Origin: Escherichia coli
GTDB lineage: Bacteria; Pseudomonadota; Gammaproteobacteria; Enterobacterales; Enterobacteriaceae
Assembly (NCBI RefSeq): GCF_041886205.1
Contig: NZ_CP169029.1
DNA length: 64,000 nucleotides
Direction: 5' to 3' (one strand)
The notes beneath the pieces were generated by a model. The model saw nothing but the letters and a program-made list of their open reading frames with translations. It did not search any database and was not told where the DNA came from. Numbering within the stretch: the stretch's first letter is position 1; every line of letters starts with the position of its first letter. Below are positions 47,261-56,748 of this stretch, one piece after another. A program made the translations under genes and the position numbers.

Positions 47261-47485
47261 ACAGCTATGTTGGCGATACAATCCCGACGCTAGTAGTGAT
47301 ACTGCCTCAAGGGATTACCGCAGTGCGGAAAAGTACTTTTAAGTCCTGGTCAGGATACAGGTGGTGCTGATTCTGGTGCTCTAATTTGGAGAGAGGCAGT
47401 CCTCATCTAGCACATGAAGAAAATCATAGTTACAGGCAACGTAAGGGTAAGCTGTGATTGTCTTTCTCCCTTAAGGGAGCAACGG

Positions 47486-47569
47486 ATGAAAACTTTTCTC
47501 GATAAAGTTCTCATCGTTCTTAAGGCGCTAATCGCGCTGCTGGAACTGATCCGTCAGTTTATTGAATAA
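47486..47569 (+). CDS. Candidate type I toxin, 27-aa hydrophobic peptide (DinQ/ZorO/TisB-like)
   Basis: ATG preceded by AAGGGAG with 7-nt spacing; product MKTFLDKVLIVLKALIALLELIRQFIE is a single amphipathic helix closely resembling DinQ as I remember it (shared ALIALLELIR); followed by a hairpin terminator. Below the ORF-track size cutoff. Confidence 0.6.
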   Translation: MKTFLDKVLIVLKALIALLELIRQFIE

Positions 47570-47589
47570 CTGAGGAAACGTAGCTAAGG

Positions 47590-47615
47590 CCGAAGGTTTA
47601 CCACCTTCGGTCTTT
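47590..47615 (+). terminator. Intrinsic terminator after the toxin ORF
   Basis: CCGAAGGT-TTACC-ACCTTCGG 8-bp stem followed by TCTTT. Confidence 0.5.
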
Positions 47616-47641
47616 AAAAAAACCGACATGACAGTTGGTTT
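47616..47641. repeat. Second copy of the A7-CCGACATGACAGTYGG hairpin (direct repeat of 47138..47163)
   Basis: AAAAAAACCGACATGACAGTTGGTTT matches 47138..47163 at 25 of 26 positions; the two copies bracket the toxin/sRNA module. Confidence 0.5.
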
Positions 47642-47672
47642 CATATTTATTGCCAAAATGCACACTGTTCAT

Positions 47673-47770
<98 letters not shown>

Positions 47771-47786
47771 AATCTAACACCTGTCA

Positions 47787-50201
47787 TCACCCCGCAAACT
47801 GCCTGAACAGCGCCTTACCCTTAACCAGTCTCGCGCCCAGCCAGCCGCCGAAAAGCGACAGCAGCAGCGCACCGCTGCACGGCAGAACAATCCACAATCG
47901 CCAGTCTGGCTCCCACGGGAAATCAAACACTTTCGCCTGCAACACTGCCAGTGCCGTTTCCGCACCAATTGCGGCCACCAGGCCGGAAACAAACCCAAGC
48001 ATGGCGAACTCACACCACAATGTCGTGCGCAGCAGTTTTTTCCCCGCACCGAGTGTGCGCCATACCACCAGCTCCTGATGACGCTGGCGCATTCCCACCT
48101 GCACCTGTGCCAGCAACAGCAACATACCGCAGGCGGTGACCAGCACCACCATCACCTCCAGCGCCCGACTTACCTGCTCCAGCACCTGACCGACCTGTTT
48201 TAAAATCGCGCCAATATCTAACAGGCTAATGGTCGGGAACTGGCGGTTGAGTTGCGTCAACATGCCGTTGCCATTCTCCCAGCGGAAACTGGTAAGCCAG
48301 CTCTGCGGTTGCCCGTCTAATGCCCCTTCCGGGAAAATAAAATAGAAATTAGGCCGCAGACTTTCCCAGTCCACTTTGCGCAGGCTGGTCACTTTAGCGC
48401 GGAACTCCTGGGTATCGCCCATAAAAGTCACGGTATCACCGAGGGCAACGTTTAAGCGTTTCGCCAGCCCCTCTTCCATCGACACTTCATCGGCTTTTGG
48501 CGGCCAGTTACCGGCGACAATCGGATTATGATCGGGCCGCGTATTTTGCCAGGTAAGATTGAGTTCGCGATTAAGCGCCTCATCTTCATTACCTTCTGTC
48601 GGCTTATCGTTAATCGCCGTCAGCCGCGCCCGCACTACCGGATAAAATGATTCCGGGACTATATGATGTTCCGCGAGGAACGCTTTTAGCGGTGCTACCT
48701 GTTCTGTGGCGATGTTAATTAAAAAGTAGTTCGGGCTTTCTGGCGGTAGCTGCTGCTGCCAGCGGTCGAGCAGATCGCCACGCAATACCAGCAACAGCGC
48801 CAGCAGCATAAAGGAGAGCGAAAATGCCGAAAGCTGACTTAACGTTGACCACGGCTGACGTAACAGGCGGCTAACCGCCAGGCGCAGAGGCAGCGATTTC
48901 AGCGTCATGCGGCGAAGTACATTCAGCAGCATCCAGCCCAGCACACCGCACAGCAAAGCCAGTACTACCGCGCCAGCCAGCACCGCCCAAAGCAGCATGC
49001 TGCCACCCATTAATCCGGCGAGCAGCAGCACAACCACCACACTGACAATCGGCAGATAAAACTTCAGCGGCCAGACGTTCGCTACCACATCATTACGTAA
49101 TACGCGTAAAGGCTGCGTTGCCAGCAACAAGCGATATGGTCGTAGCCCCACCAGCAGCGAGATGACCGTCATGGTGCCCAGCGCCCACAACCACGGCCAG
49201 AGGCTGGCTGGCGGTAGTGCAGCAGGCAGAACGGGCTTGAGCAGCACCATCAACACGTTTTCGAACAACAGGCCTATGGCCCCACCGGTAACGGCTGAAA
49301 GCGCCAGCACCATCAACCACTGACCGACGATTAGCTTACGCAGTTGCGCTCGCCCTGCCCCCAGCGTTTTGAGGATCGCCACCAGATCGTAGCGACTGCG
49401 ACAGTAATGATTCATCGCCACCGCCACCGCTGCCACTGCCAGCAGCAAGGTCAGAAGCGCCGAAAGCAGCAGGAACTGCTGCGAGCGTTCCATCGATCGC
49501 CCCAGCGCGCCTTCGTCCTGTTCCAGACCGTACCAGCGTTGTTCGGGTTTAAGCTGGGGTAACAACCATTTCTCATAGCCGTCGAGCTGGTTCTCGTTGC
49601 CGCCGAATTTATAACGCCAGGTGACCCGACTCCCCGGCTGCACGGCTCCGGTTTTATCGACATCCGCCAGATTCATCATCAGACGCGGAGCCATCTGGAA
49701 GGGGTTAAAACCAGAATCCGGTTCCTGAATCACTTCTCCGGCAATCCGCAAGGTGGCATCGCCCACGTCGATGGTGTCGCCTGTTTTCAGGTTAAGCAGC
49801 GCCATCAGGCGTGGGGCCAGCAATACGCTGCCCGCCTGCGGTTTCAGGCCAGGGGGATTAGTTTGCAGATCGCCATACATCGGGTAGATATCATCCACCG
49901 CTTTGACGTTCGCCAGCTGCGGTGTGTCGCCTGCAAATGTCATGGTGGCGAAAGTCAGCTGCTTGCCGACTTTCAGGCCGCGCTTTTGCGCTTCCTCCAG
50001 CCACGCTTGCGGCACTTCGCGCGAACTGCGCAACGCCCGATCGCCCGCCATAAACTCACGGCTTTGCTGGCTTAAGCCCTTCTCCATGCGATCGCTGATA
50101 TTGCCCAGCGCCAGCACGCAGGCCACCGCCAGGCTTAGCGCCAGCCAGACAATTAATAGCGACGGCGAACGCCATTCGCGCCAGAACCAACGTGCAATCA
50201 T
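47787..50201 (-). CDS. ybbP: ABC transporter permease YbbP (FtsX-like, LolE family)
   Basis: 804-aa ORF with duplicated FtsX-like permease architecture; 4-bp overlap with upstream ybbA. Confidence 0.85.
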   Translation of the reverse strand: MIARWFWREWRSPSLLIVWLALSLAVACVLALGNISDRMEKGLSQQSREFMAGDRALRSSREVPQAWLEEAQKRGLKVGKQLTFATMTFAGDTPQLANVKAVDDIYPMYGDLQTNPPGLKPQAGSVLLAPRLMALLNLKTGDTIDVGDATLRIAGEVIQEPDSGFNPFQMAPRLMMNLADVDKTGAVQPGSRVTWRYKFGGNENQLDGYEKWLLPQLKPEQRWYGLEQDEGALGRSMERSQQFLLLSALLTLLLAVAAVAVAMNHYCRSRYDLVAILKTLGAGRAQLRKLIVGQWLMVLALSAVTGGAIGLLFENVLMVLLKPVLPAALPPASLWPWLWALGTMTVISLLVGLRPYRLLLATQPLRVLRNDVVANVWPLKFYLPIVSVVVVLLLAGLMGGSMLLWAVLAGAVVLALLCGVLGWMLLNVLRRMTLKSLPLRLAVSRLLRQPWSTLSQLSAFSLSFMLLALLLVLRGDLLDRWQQQLPPESPNYFLINIATEQVAPLKAFLAEHHIVPESFYPVVRARLTAINDKPTEGNEDEALNRELNLTWQNTRPDHNPIVAGNWPPKADEVSMEEGLAKRLNVALGDTVTFMGDTQEFRAKVTSLRKVDWESLRPNFYFIFPEGALDGQPQSWLTSFRWENGNGMLTQLNRQFPTISLLDIGAILKQVGQVLEQVSRALEVMVVLVTACGMLLLLAQVQVGMRQRHQELVVWRTLGAGKKLLRTTLWCEFAMLGFVSGLVAAIGAETALAVLQAKVFDFPWEPDWRLWIVLPCSGALLLSLFGGWLGARLVKGKALFRQFAG

Positions 50202-50884
50202 GCTTCCTCCTGCAACTGCCCGTTCACCAGCCGTAAGCAGCGGTCGCAGCGTGCCGCCAGTTGCAGGTCGTGGGTCACCATAATCAACGTGGTGCCATGT
50301 TCACGGTTGAGGGAAAACAGCAGGTCGGCAATTTTATCGCCCGTCTGGCGGTCAAGGTTGCCGGTGGGTTCGTCGGCAAACAGCACATCAGGTCGACCAT
50401 TAAAGGCTCGTGCCAGCGCCACTCGTTGCTGTTCACCGCCGGAAAGCTGTGCCGGAAGATGATCCAGACGTTTACCCAGCCCTAACTGTTCGAGCAACGC
50501 TTTCGCCCCGTTACGACTTTCCGCGCTACTCTCACCGCGCAGCAGAGCCGGAAGCTCGACGTTTTCCAGCGCGTTAAGGGTAGGAATTAACATAAATGAC
50601 TGAAAAACAAAGCCGACGTGCTTCGCGCGCAACTTTGCCCGCGCTTCTTCGTCCATATTATGTAGCGGTTGTCCCACCAGACTCACTTCGCCACTGCTGC
50701 CGTCATCAAGCCCGGCGAGGATCGCCAGCAAGGTTGACTTACCCGATCCCGACTCGCCCACCAGTGCGATGGTCTCGCCACGTTTGACAACCAGCTCAAC
50801 TCCGGTGAGGATGGAGAGTTCATGCTCCCCCTGACCGACGGACTTCTTAAGATGATGAACTTCAACAATGTTTTCCGCTGGCAT
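50198..50884 (-). CDS. ybbA: ABC transporter ATP-binding protein YbbA
   Basis: 228-aa ORF with Walker A (GESGSGKST), ABC signature (LSGGEQQR) and Walker B. Confidence 0.85.
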   Translation of the reverse strand: MPAENIVEVHHLKKSVGQGEHELSILTGVELVVKRGETIALVGESGSGKSTLLAILAGLDDGSSGEVSLVGQPLHNMDEEARAKLRAKHVGFVFQSFMLIPTLNALENVELPALLRGESSAESRNGAKALLEQLGLGKRLDHLPAQLSGGEQQRVALARAFNGRPDVLFADEPTGNLDRQTGDKIADLLFSLNREHGTTLIMVTHDLQLAARCDRCLRLVNGQLQEEA

Positions 50885-51478
50885 TTGCCCTTCCTGTTCC
50901 TGGTCCTGTTAACCTTCCGTGCCGCCGCAGCGGACACGTTATTGATTCTGGGTGATAGCCTGAGCGCCGGGTATCGAATGTCTGCCAGCGCGGCCTGGCC
51001 TGCCTTGTTGAATGATAAGTGGCAGAGTAAAACGTCGGTAGTTAATGCCAGCATCAGCGGCGACACCTCGCAACAAGGACTGGCGCGCCTTCCGGCTCTG
51101 CTGAAACAGCATCAGCCGCGTTGGGTGCTGGTTGAACTGGGCGGCAATGACGGTTTGCGTGGTTTTCAGCCACAGCAAACCGAGCAAACGCTGCGCCAGA
51201 TTTTGCAGGATGTCAAAGCCGCCAACGCTGAACCATTGTTAATGCAAATACGTCTGCCTGCAAACTATGGTCGCCGTTATAATGAAGCCTTTAGCGCCAT
51301 TTACCCCAAACTCGCCAAAGAGTTTGATGTTCCGCTGCTGCCCTTTTTTATGGAAGAGGTCTACCTCAAGCCACAATGGATGCAGGATGACGGTATTCAT
51401 CCCAACCGCGACGCCCAGCCGTTTATTGCCGACTGGATGGCGAAGCAGTTGCAGCCTTTAGTAAATCATGACTCATAA
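50852..51478 (+). CDS. tesA: Acyl-CoA thioesterase I / lysophospholipase L1 (SGNH hydrolase)
   Basis: ORF 50822..51478; internal start at 50852 gives MMNFNNVFRW..., 208 aa with signal peptide and GDSLS motif; 5' end overlaps the divergent ybbA start. Confidence 0.85.
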   Translation: MMNFNNVFRWHLPFLFLVLLTFRAAAADTLLILGDSLSAGYRMSASAAWPALLNDKWQSKTSVVNASISGDTSQQGLARLPALLKQHQPRWVLVELGGNDGLRGFQPQQTEQTLRQILQDVKAANAEPLLMQIRLPANYGRRYNEAFSAIYPKLAKEFDVPLLPFFMEEVYLKPQWMQDDGIHPNRDAQPFIADWMAKQLQPLVNHDS

Positions 51479-52277
51479 AGCAACGGAGATCCTGACAGGT
51501 AAAGTTATGCAAAAATCGGTCTTAATTACCGGATGTTCCAGTGGAATTGGCCTGGAAAGCGCGCTCGAATTAAAACGCCAGGGTTTTCATGTGCTGGCAG
51601 GTTGCCGAAAACCGGATGATGTTGAGCGTATGAACAACATGGGATTTACCGGCGTGTTGATCGATCTGGATTCACCAGAAAGTGTTGATCGCGCAGCAGA
51701 CGAGGTGATCGCCCTGACCGATAATTGTCTGTATGGGATCTTTAACAATGCCGGATTCGGCATGTATGGCCCCCTTTCCACCATCAGCCGTGCGCAGATG
51801 GAACAGCAGTTTTCCGCCAACTTTTTCGGCGCACACCAGCTCACCATGCGCCTGTTACCCGCGATGTTACCGCACGGTGAAGGGCGTATTGTGATGACAT
51901 CATCGGTGATGGGATTAATCTCCACGCCGGGTCGTGGCGCTTACGCGGCCAGTAAATATGCGCTGGAGGCGTGGTCAGACGCGCTGCGCATGGAGCTACG
52001 CCACAGCGGAATTAAAGTCAGCCTGATCGAACCCGGTCCCATTCGTACTCGCTTCACCGACAACGTCAACCAGACGCAAAGTGATAAACCAGTCGAAAAT
52101 CCCGGCATCGCCGCCCGCTTTACGTTGGGACCGGAAGCGGTGGTGGACAAAGTACGCCATGCTTTTATTAGCGAGAAGCCGAAGATGCGCTATCCGGTAA
52201 CGCTGGTGACCTGGGCAGTAATGGTGCTTAAGCGCCTGCTGCCGGGGCGCGCGATGGACAAAATATTGCAGGGGTGA
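51468..52277 (+). CDS. ybbO: Short-chain dehydrogenase/reductase YbbO
   Basis: 269-aa ORF with TGCSSGIG cofactor motif and YxxxK catalytic motif. Confidence 0.8.
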   Translation: MTHKATEILTGKVMQKSVLITGCSSGIGLESALELKRQGFHVLAGCRKPDDVERMNNMGFTGVLIDLDSPESVDRAADEVIALTDNCLYGIFNNAGFGMYGPLSTISRAQMEQQFSANFFGAHQLTMRLLPAMLPHGEGRIVMTSSVMGLISTPGRGAYAASKYALEAWSDALRMELRHSGIKVSLIEPGPIRTRFTDNVNQTQSDKPVENPGIAARFTLGPEAVVDKVRHAFISEKPKMRYPVTLVTWAVMVLKRLLPGRAMDKILQG

Positions 52278-52295
52278 GTTGAAGCGCGCGCTTAA

Positions 52296-53192
<897 letters not shown>

Positions 53193-53254
53193 TATTCCGT
53201 TGATCGGCACATGAACCACAACGCCGGATGCGATGCTGCGCATCCGGCATCGCA

Positions 53255-54034
53255 TCATTTCTTCTTCAATTGCGTCACCACCAACTGGTGGCGCGAATTA
53301 TAAAACTTACGATAGGTTAAATAGCAGGCAATAATGGTCGACAAGCTGGCGGTTGAGAGCAGCATAAAGGTCACCATAATCTGATATTTAATCGCCTTCA
53401 CCGGATCAATCCCGGCAAATATCAGCCCGGACATCATTCCTGGTAAACTCACTAAGCCAACCGTTTTTGCTGAATCGACCGTCGGAATTAAAGCCGCGCG
53501 AATACTGTCGCGAATCAATATCGCTGAAGCCTGCTTCGGCGTCGCACCAAGACTCAGTTTCTCCTGAATCTGTTGCTGTTCGCTAATGACCCGTTGCCCT
53601 AAATTGTTGTAACACAACCCCACCGCTACCATGGCGTTACCGGCAATCATCCCGGCGATAGGGATCACCTGCATCGGGATAAATTCAATCGACCCTGAGA
53701 GAATCAGCACCGCCAGGGTAATTCCCGCCCCGACCGTAATGGCAACAAACGATGAGATAAAAGCTTTAGCAATATATTTACTGCGTTTTTGCGCGTTCCA
53801 CGCCGCATTAAAGCAGATAAATAACACCATCAATAATGTCAGGCTGGCATCATCCACGCTGAAAATATACTTCAGCACATAGCCGACAATAATCAGCTGA
53901 ATTATCGCTCGCCCGACGCTCCAGAGAATATCTTTCTCCAGCGCCAGTTTTTCTTTATGGCTAATTAAGATTGCCACCACCACCAGCATTAATGCCAGTG
54001 CTAATGATTCGTTAGTAATATTATGCGAGTTCAT
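53255..54034 (-). CDS. fetB: Iron export ABC transporter permease FetB
   Basis: ORF 53255..54061; internal start at 54034 gives MNSHNITNESLALA, about 259 aa, polytopic membrane protein; overlaps the fetA stop. Confidence 0.8.
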   Translation of the reverse strand: MNSHNITNESLALALMLVVVAILISHKEKLALEKDILWSVGRAIIQLIIVGYVLKYIFSVDDASLTLLMVLFICFNAAWNAQKRSKYIAKAFISSFVAITVGAGITLAVLILSGSIEFIPMQVIPIAGMIAGNAMVAVGLCYNNLGQRVISEQQQIQEKLSLGATPKQASAILIRDSIRAALIPTVDSAKTVGLVSLPGMMSGLIFAGIDPVKAIKYQIMVTFMLLSTASLSTIIACYLTYRKFYNSRHQLVVTQLKKK

Positions 54035-54698
54035 AGCGTGCTTCCTGCATTTCTCCGGCATGCGGTTGCAGTGTAATCACTTTATCCGCATGATTAATTT
54101 CGTCTTTATCGTGTGTCACCCACAGCACGGCAATATTTTGCTCGCGCACATAACGATGGATCATCTCATTGACGTTATGTTTATTACTTTCATCCAGCGC
54201 ACTGGTTATTTCATCCAGCAATAAAACCTTCGGCATAAATTGCAGGTTACGAATCAATGAGATGCGTTGTTTTTCACCACCAGATAGCTCGGCGATATTC
54301 TTCGTCAAAATGCTGTCCGGCAAAGCGAAGCGTTCGAGAAAATCGAGAAAAATGGCCGGGTCAGGCTGCCGGTTACGGATCTGCCAGGGAAAGATCAGAT
54401 TATCGTATACCGTATCGCCAAACAGCGTCGGCGTCTGGGCGCAGTAAGAGACTTGTTGGCGGTAGATTTCTGGCTTTAGTGTGCTGACATCCTCACCTTC
54501 AAACAGTAACGTTCCGCTGGTTGGGCTGATCAATGAAGCAACTATTTTTAGCAGCGTACTTTTGCCACAACCAGAAGGACCGGTAATTAACTTAAATTCG
54601 CCAGCACGCAGCGAAAAATTGATGTTATTAAGAATCTTCGCATCACCCGCCAGATATCCTACGTTTTGTAGCTGAAGCAAAGGACTATTTTCCTGCAT
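54021..54698 (-). CDS. fetA: Iron export ABC transporter ATP-binding protein FetA
   Basis: 225-aa ORF with Walker A (GPSGCGKST) and ABC signature (LSGGEKQR). Confidence 0.85.
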   Translation of the reverse strand: MQENSPLLQLQNVGYLAGDAKILNNINFSLRAGEFKLITGPSGCGKSTLLKIVASLISPTSGTLLFEGEDVSTLKPEIYRQQVSYCAQTPTLFGDTVYDNLIFPWQIRNRQPDPAIFLDFLERFALPDSILTKNIAELSGGEKQRISLIRNLQFMPKVLLLDEITSALDESNKHNVNEMIHRYVREQNIAVLWVTHDKDEINHADKVITLQPHAGEMQEARYELA

Positions 54699-54843
54699 CG
54701 CTGTTCCCTTTTTCTGATTTTTACTAAAAACAGTTTATCCTTCGCAGGAATAAGGGGGAACTCTCTTTCAGTAATCAGGTATAATTTGTTTAATCAAGCA
54801 GCAATTTTGCTGATTATGGACGGTACAACAGGAGGTTTTTCCG

Positions 54844-55761
54844 ATGCTTATCTTTATCCCGATTCTCATTTTTGTCGCGCTGGTCATTGTCGGCGCGGGT
54901 GTCAAAATCGTACCGCAGGGCTATCAGTGGACAGTAGAACGCTTTGGTCGCTATACCAAAACGTTACAGCCGGGGCTCAGTCTGGTGGTGCCGTTTATGG
55001 ATCGCATTGGTCGCAAGATCAATATGATGGAGCAAGTGCTCGATATCCCTTCCCAGGAAGTTATCTCGAAAGATAACGCCAACGTTACCATCGACGCCGT
55101 GTGCTTTATTCAGGTGATTGACGCGCCGCGCGCGGCTTATGAAGTCAGCAATCTGGAGCTGGCGATCATCAACCTGACCATGACTAACATCCGTACCGTG
55201 CTGGGTTCAATGGAACTTGACGAAATGCTCTCTCAGCGCGACAGCATCAACTCACGCCTGCTGCGTATTGTCGATGAAGCCACCAACCCGTGGGGGATTA
55301 AAGTCACCCGTATTGAAATTCGCGACGTGCGCCCACCGGCAGAGCTTATCTCTTCAATGAACGCGCAGATGAAAGCGGAACGTACCAAACGCGCTTACAT
55401 TCTTGAAGCGGAAGGGATCCGTCAGGCGGAAATCCTCAAAGCCGAAGGTGAAAAACAGTCGCAAATCCTGAAAGCGGAAGGCGAACGTCAGTCGGCGTTT
55501 TTACAGGCTGAAGCGCGTGAACGTTCCGCCGAAGCAGAAGCCCGCGCCACCAAAATGGTGTCTGAAGCCATCGCCTCCGGTGATATTCAGGCGGTGAACT
55601 ACTTCGTAGCGCAGAAATACACCGAAGCGTTACAGCAGATCGGTTCCTCCAGTAACAGCAAAGTAGTGATGATGCCATTAGAGGCCAGCAGCCTGATGGG
55701 GTCGATTGCCGGGATTGCCGAGCTGGTGAAAGACAGCGCCAACAAGCGGACTCAGCCATGA
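54844..55761 (+). CDS. qmcA: SPFH/stomatin-family membrane protein QmcA
   Basis: 305-aa ORF with N-terminal TM segment and band-7 domain. Confidence 0.85.
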
Positions 55762-56216
55762 TGGAGTTAATGGTCGTTCATCCACATATTTTCTGGCTCA
55801 GTCTCGGCGGTTTGCTGCTGGCAGCCGAGATGCTGGGCGGAAATGGTTATTTGTTGTGGAGCGGCGTGGCAGCGGTGATTACCGGCCTGGTGGTCTGGCT
55901 GGTGCCGCTGGGTTGGGAGTGGCAAGGGGTAATGTTTGCCATCCTGACGCTGCTCGCCGCCTGGCTGTGGTGGAAATGGTTGTCGCGGCGGGTGCGCGAA
56001 CAAAAGCACAGCGATAGTCATTTAAACCAGCGCGGGCAGCAGCTGATTGGCCGACGTTTTGTGCTGGAATCTCCGCTGGTCAACGGGCGCGGTCATATGC
56101 GCGTCGGTGACAGTTCATGGCCTGTCAGCGCCAGCGAGGATCTCGGTGCAGGTACGCATGTTGAAGTCATTGCGATAGAAGGGATAACCCTACATATCCG
56201 AGCCGTCTCGTCTTAA
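55758..56216 (+). CDS. ybbJ: NfeD-family membrane protein YbbJ
   Basis: 152-aa ORF; 4-bp overlap with qmcA, the usual stomatin/NfeD pairing. Confidence 0.75.
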
Positions 56217-56624
56217 TCACCCTGCCCGATGATGACAGCAGCCGGAGAGATTTTCGATAATCGGGCAGTCGGCGCTGTCATCGCCAGGGCAGGCATTCGC
56301 CAGTGCCAGCAGCTGGTCGCGCATGGATTGCAGCTCCTCAATGTGTCGTTCGATCTCCGCCACCTTCTCCAGCGTGCGCCGTTTGACGTCGGCGCTGTGC
56401 CGCTGCGGGTCGTTAAACAGATTCACCAGCTCGCCGCTCTCTTCCAGGTTAAAGCCCACCTGCCGTGCCTGGCGCAGTAAGGTCAGTTCGTTGAGATGCT
56501 GCTGCGTGTAGGTGCGATAACCGTTTTCGCTGCGCATCGGCGGCGTCACCAGCCCCTTCTCTTCATAGAAGCGAATGGCTTTGCTGGTCAGGCCGGTAAT
56601 TTTTGCTACATCGCTGATGTTCAT
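56217..56624 (-). CDS. cueR: MerR-family copper-responsive regulator CueR
   Basis: 135-aa [28 protein letters not shown]... with C-terminal Cys metal site. Confidence 0.9.
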
Positions 56625-56748
56625 CGTTCGCGCAACGCCTCCTGTGCTTTGTTAAAGGGTTTCAACAGATATTCAAGCACGTTTTTTTGCCAGTGCGAAT
56701 ATCGACCGCCACCACAATAATACAGGAAGTACTGCGCACAGAGAGATG

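Noticed and set aside
47346-47360. Possible LexA (SOS) box upstream of the toxin ORF, by analogy with tisB and dinQ.
   Set aside because: The best candidate is CTG-N9-CAG (CTGGTCAGGATACAG), not the CTG-N10-CAG spacing of LexA boxes, and it lacks the flanking TA-rich consensus. The toxin promoter remains unassigned.
47403-47470. A second minus-strand sRNA promoter next to repeat copy 2, which would make two tandem antitoxin sRNAs as with agrA/agrB.
   Set aside because: The best minus-strand match is weak (TTACCC-16-TATGAT) and there is no downstream terminator in that orientation; copy 2 is more simply read as the target site within the toxin 5' UTR.
50852-50884. 33-bp overlap between the divergent tesA and ybbA start regions as a possible annotation conflict.
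   Set aside because: Both ORFs have convincing family signatures from their chosen starts; overlapping divergent 5' ends are compatible with real genes, so neither call was discarded.
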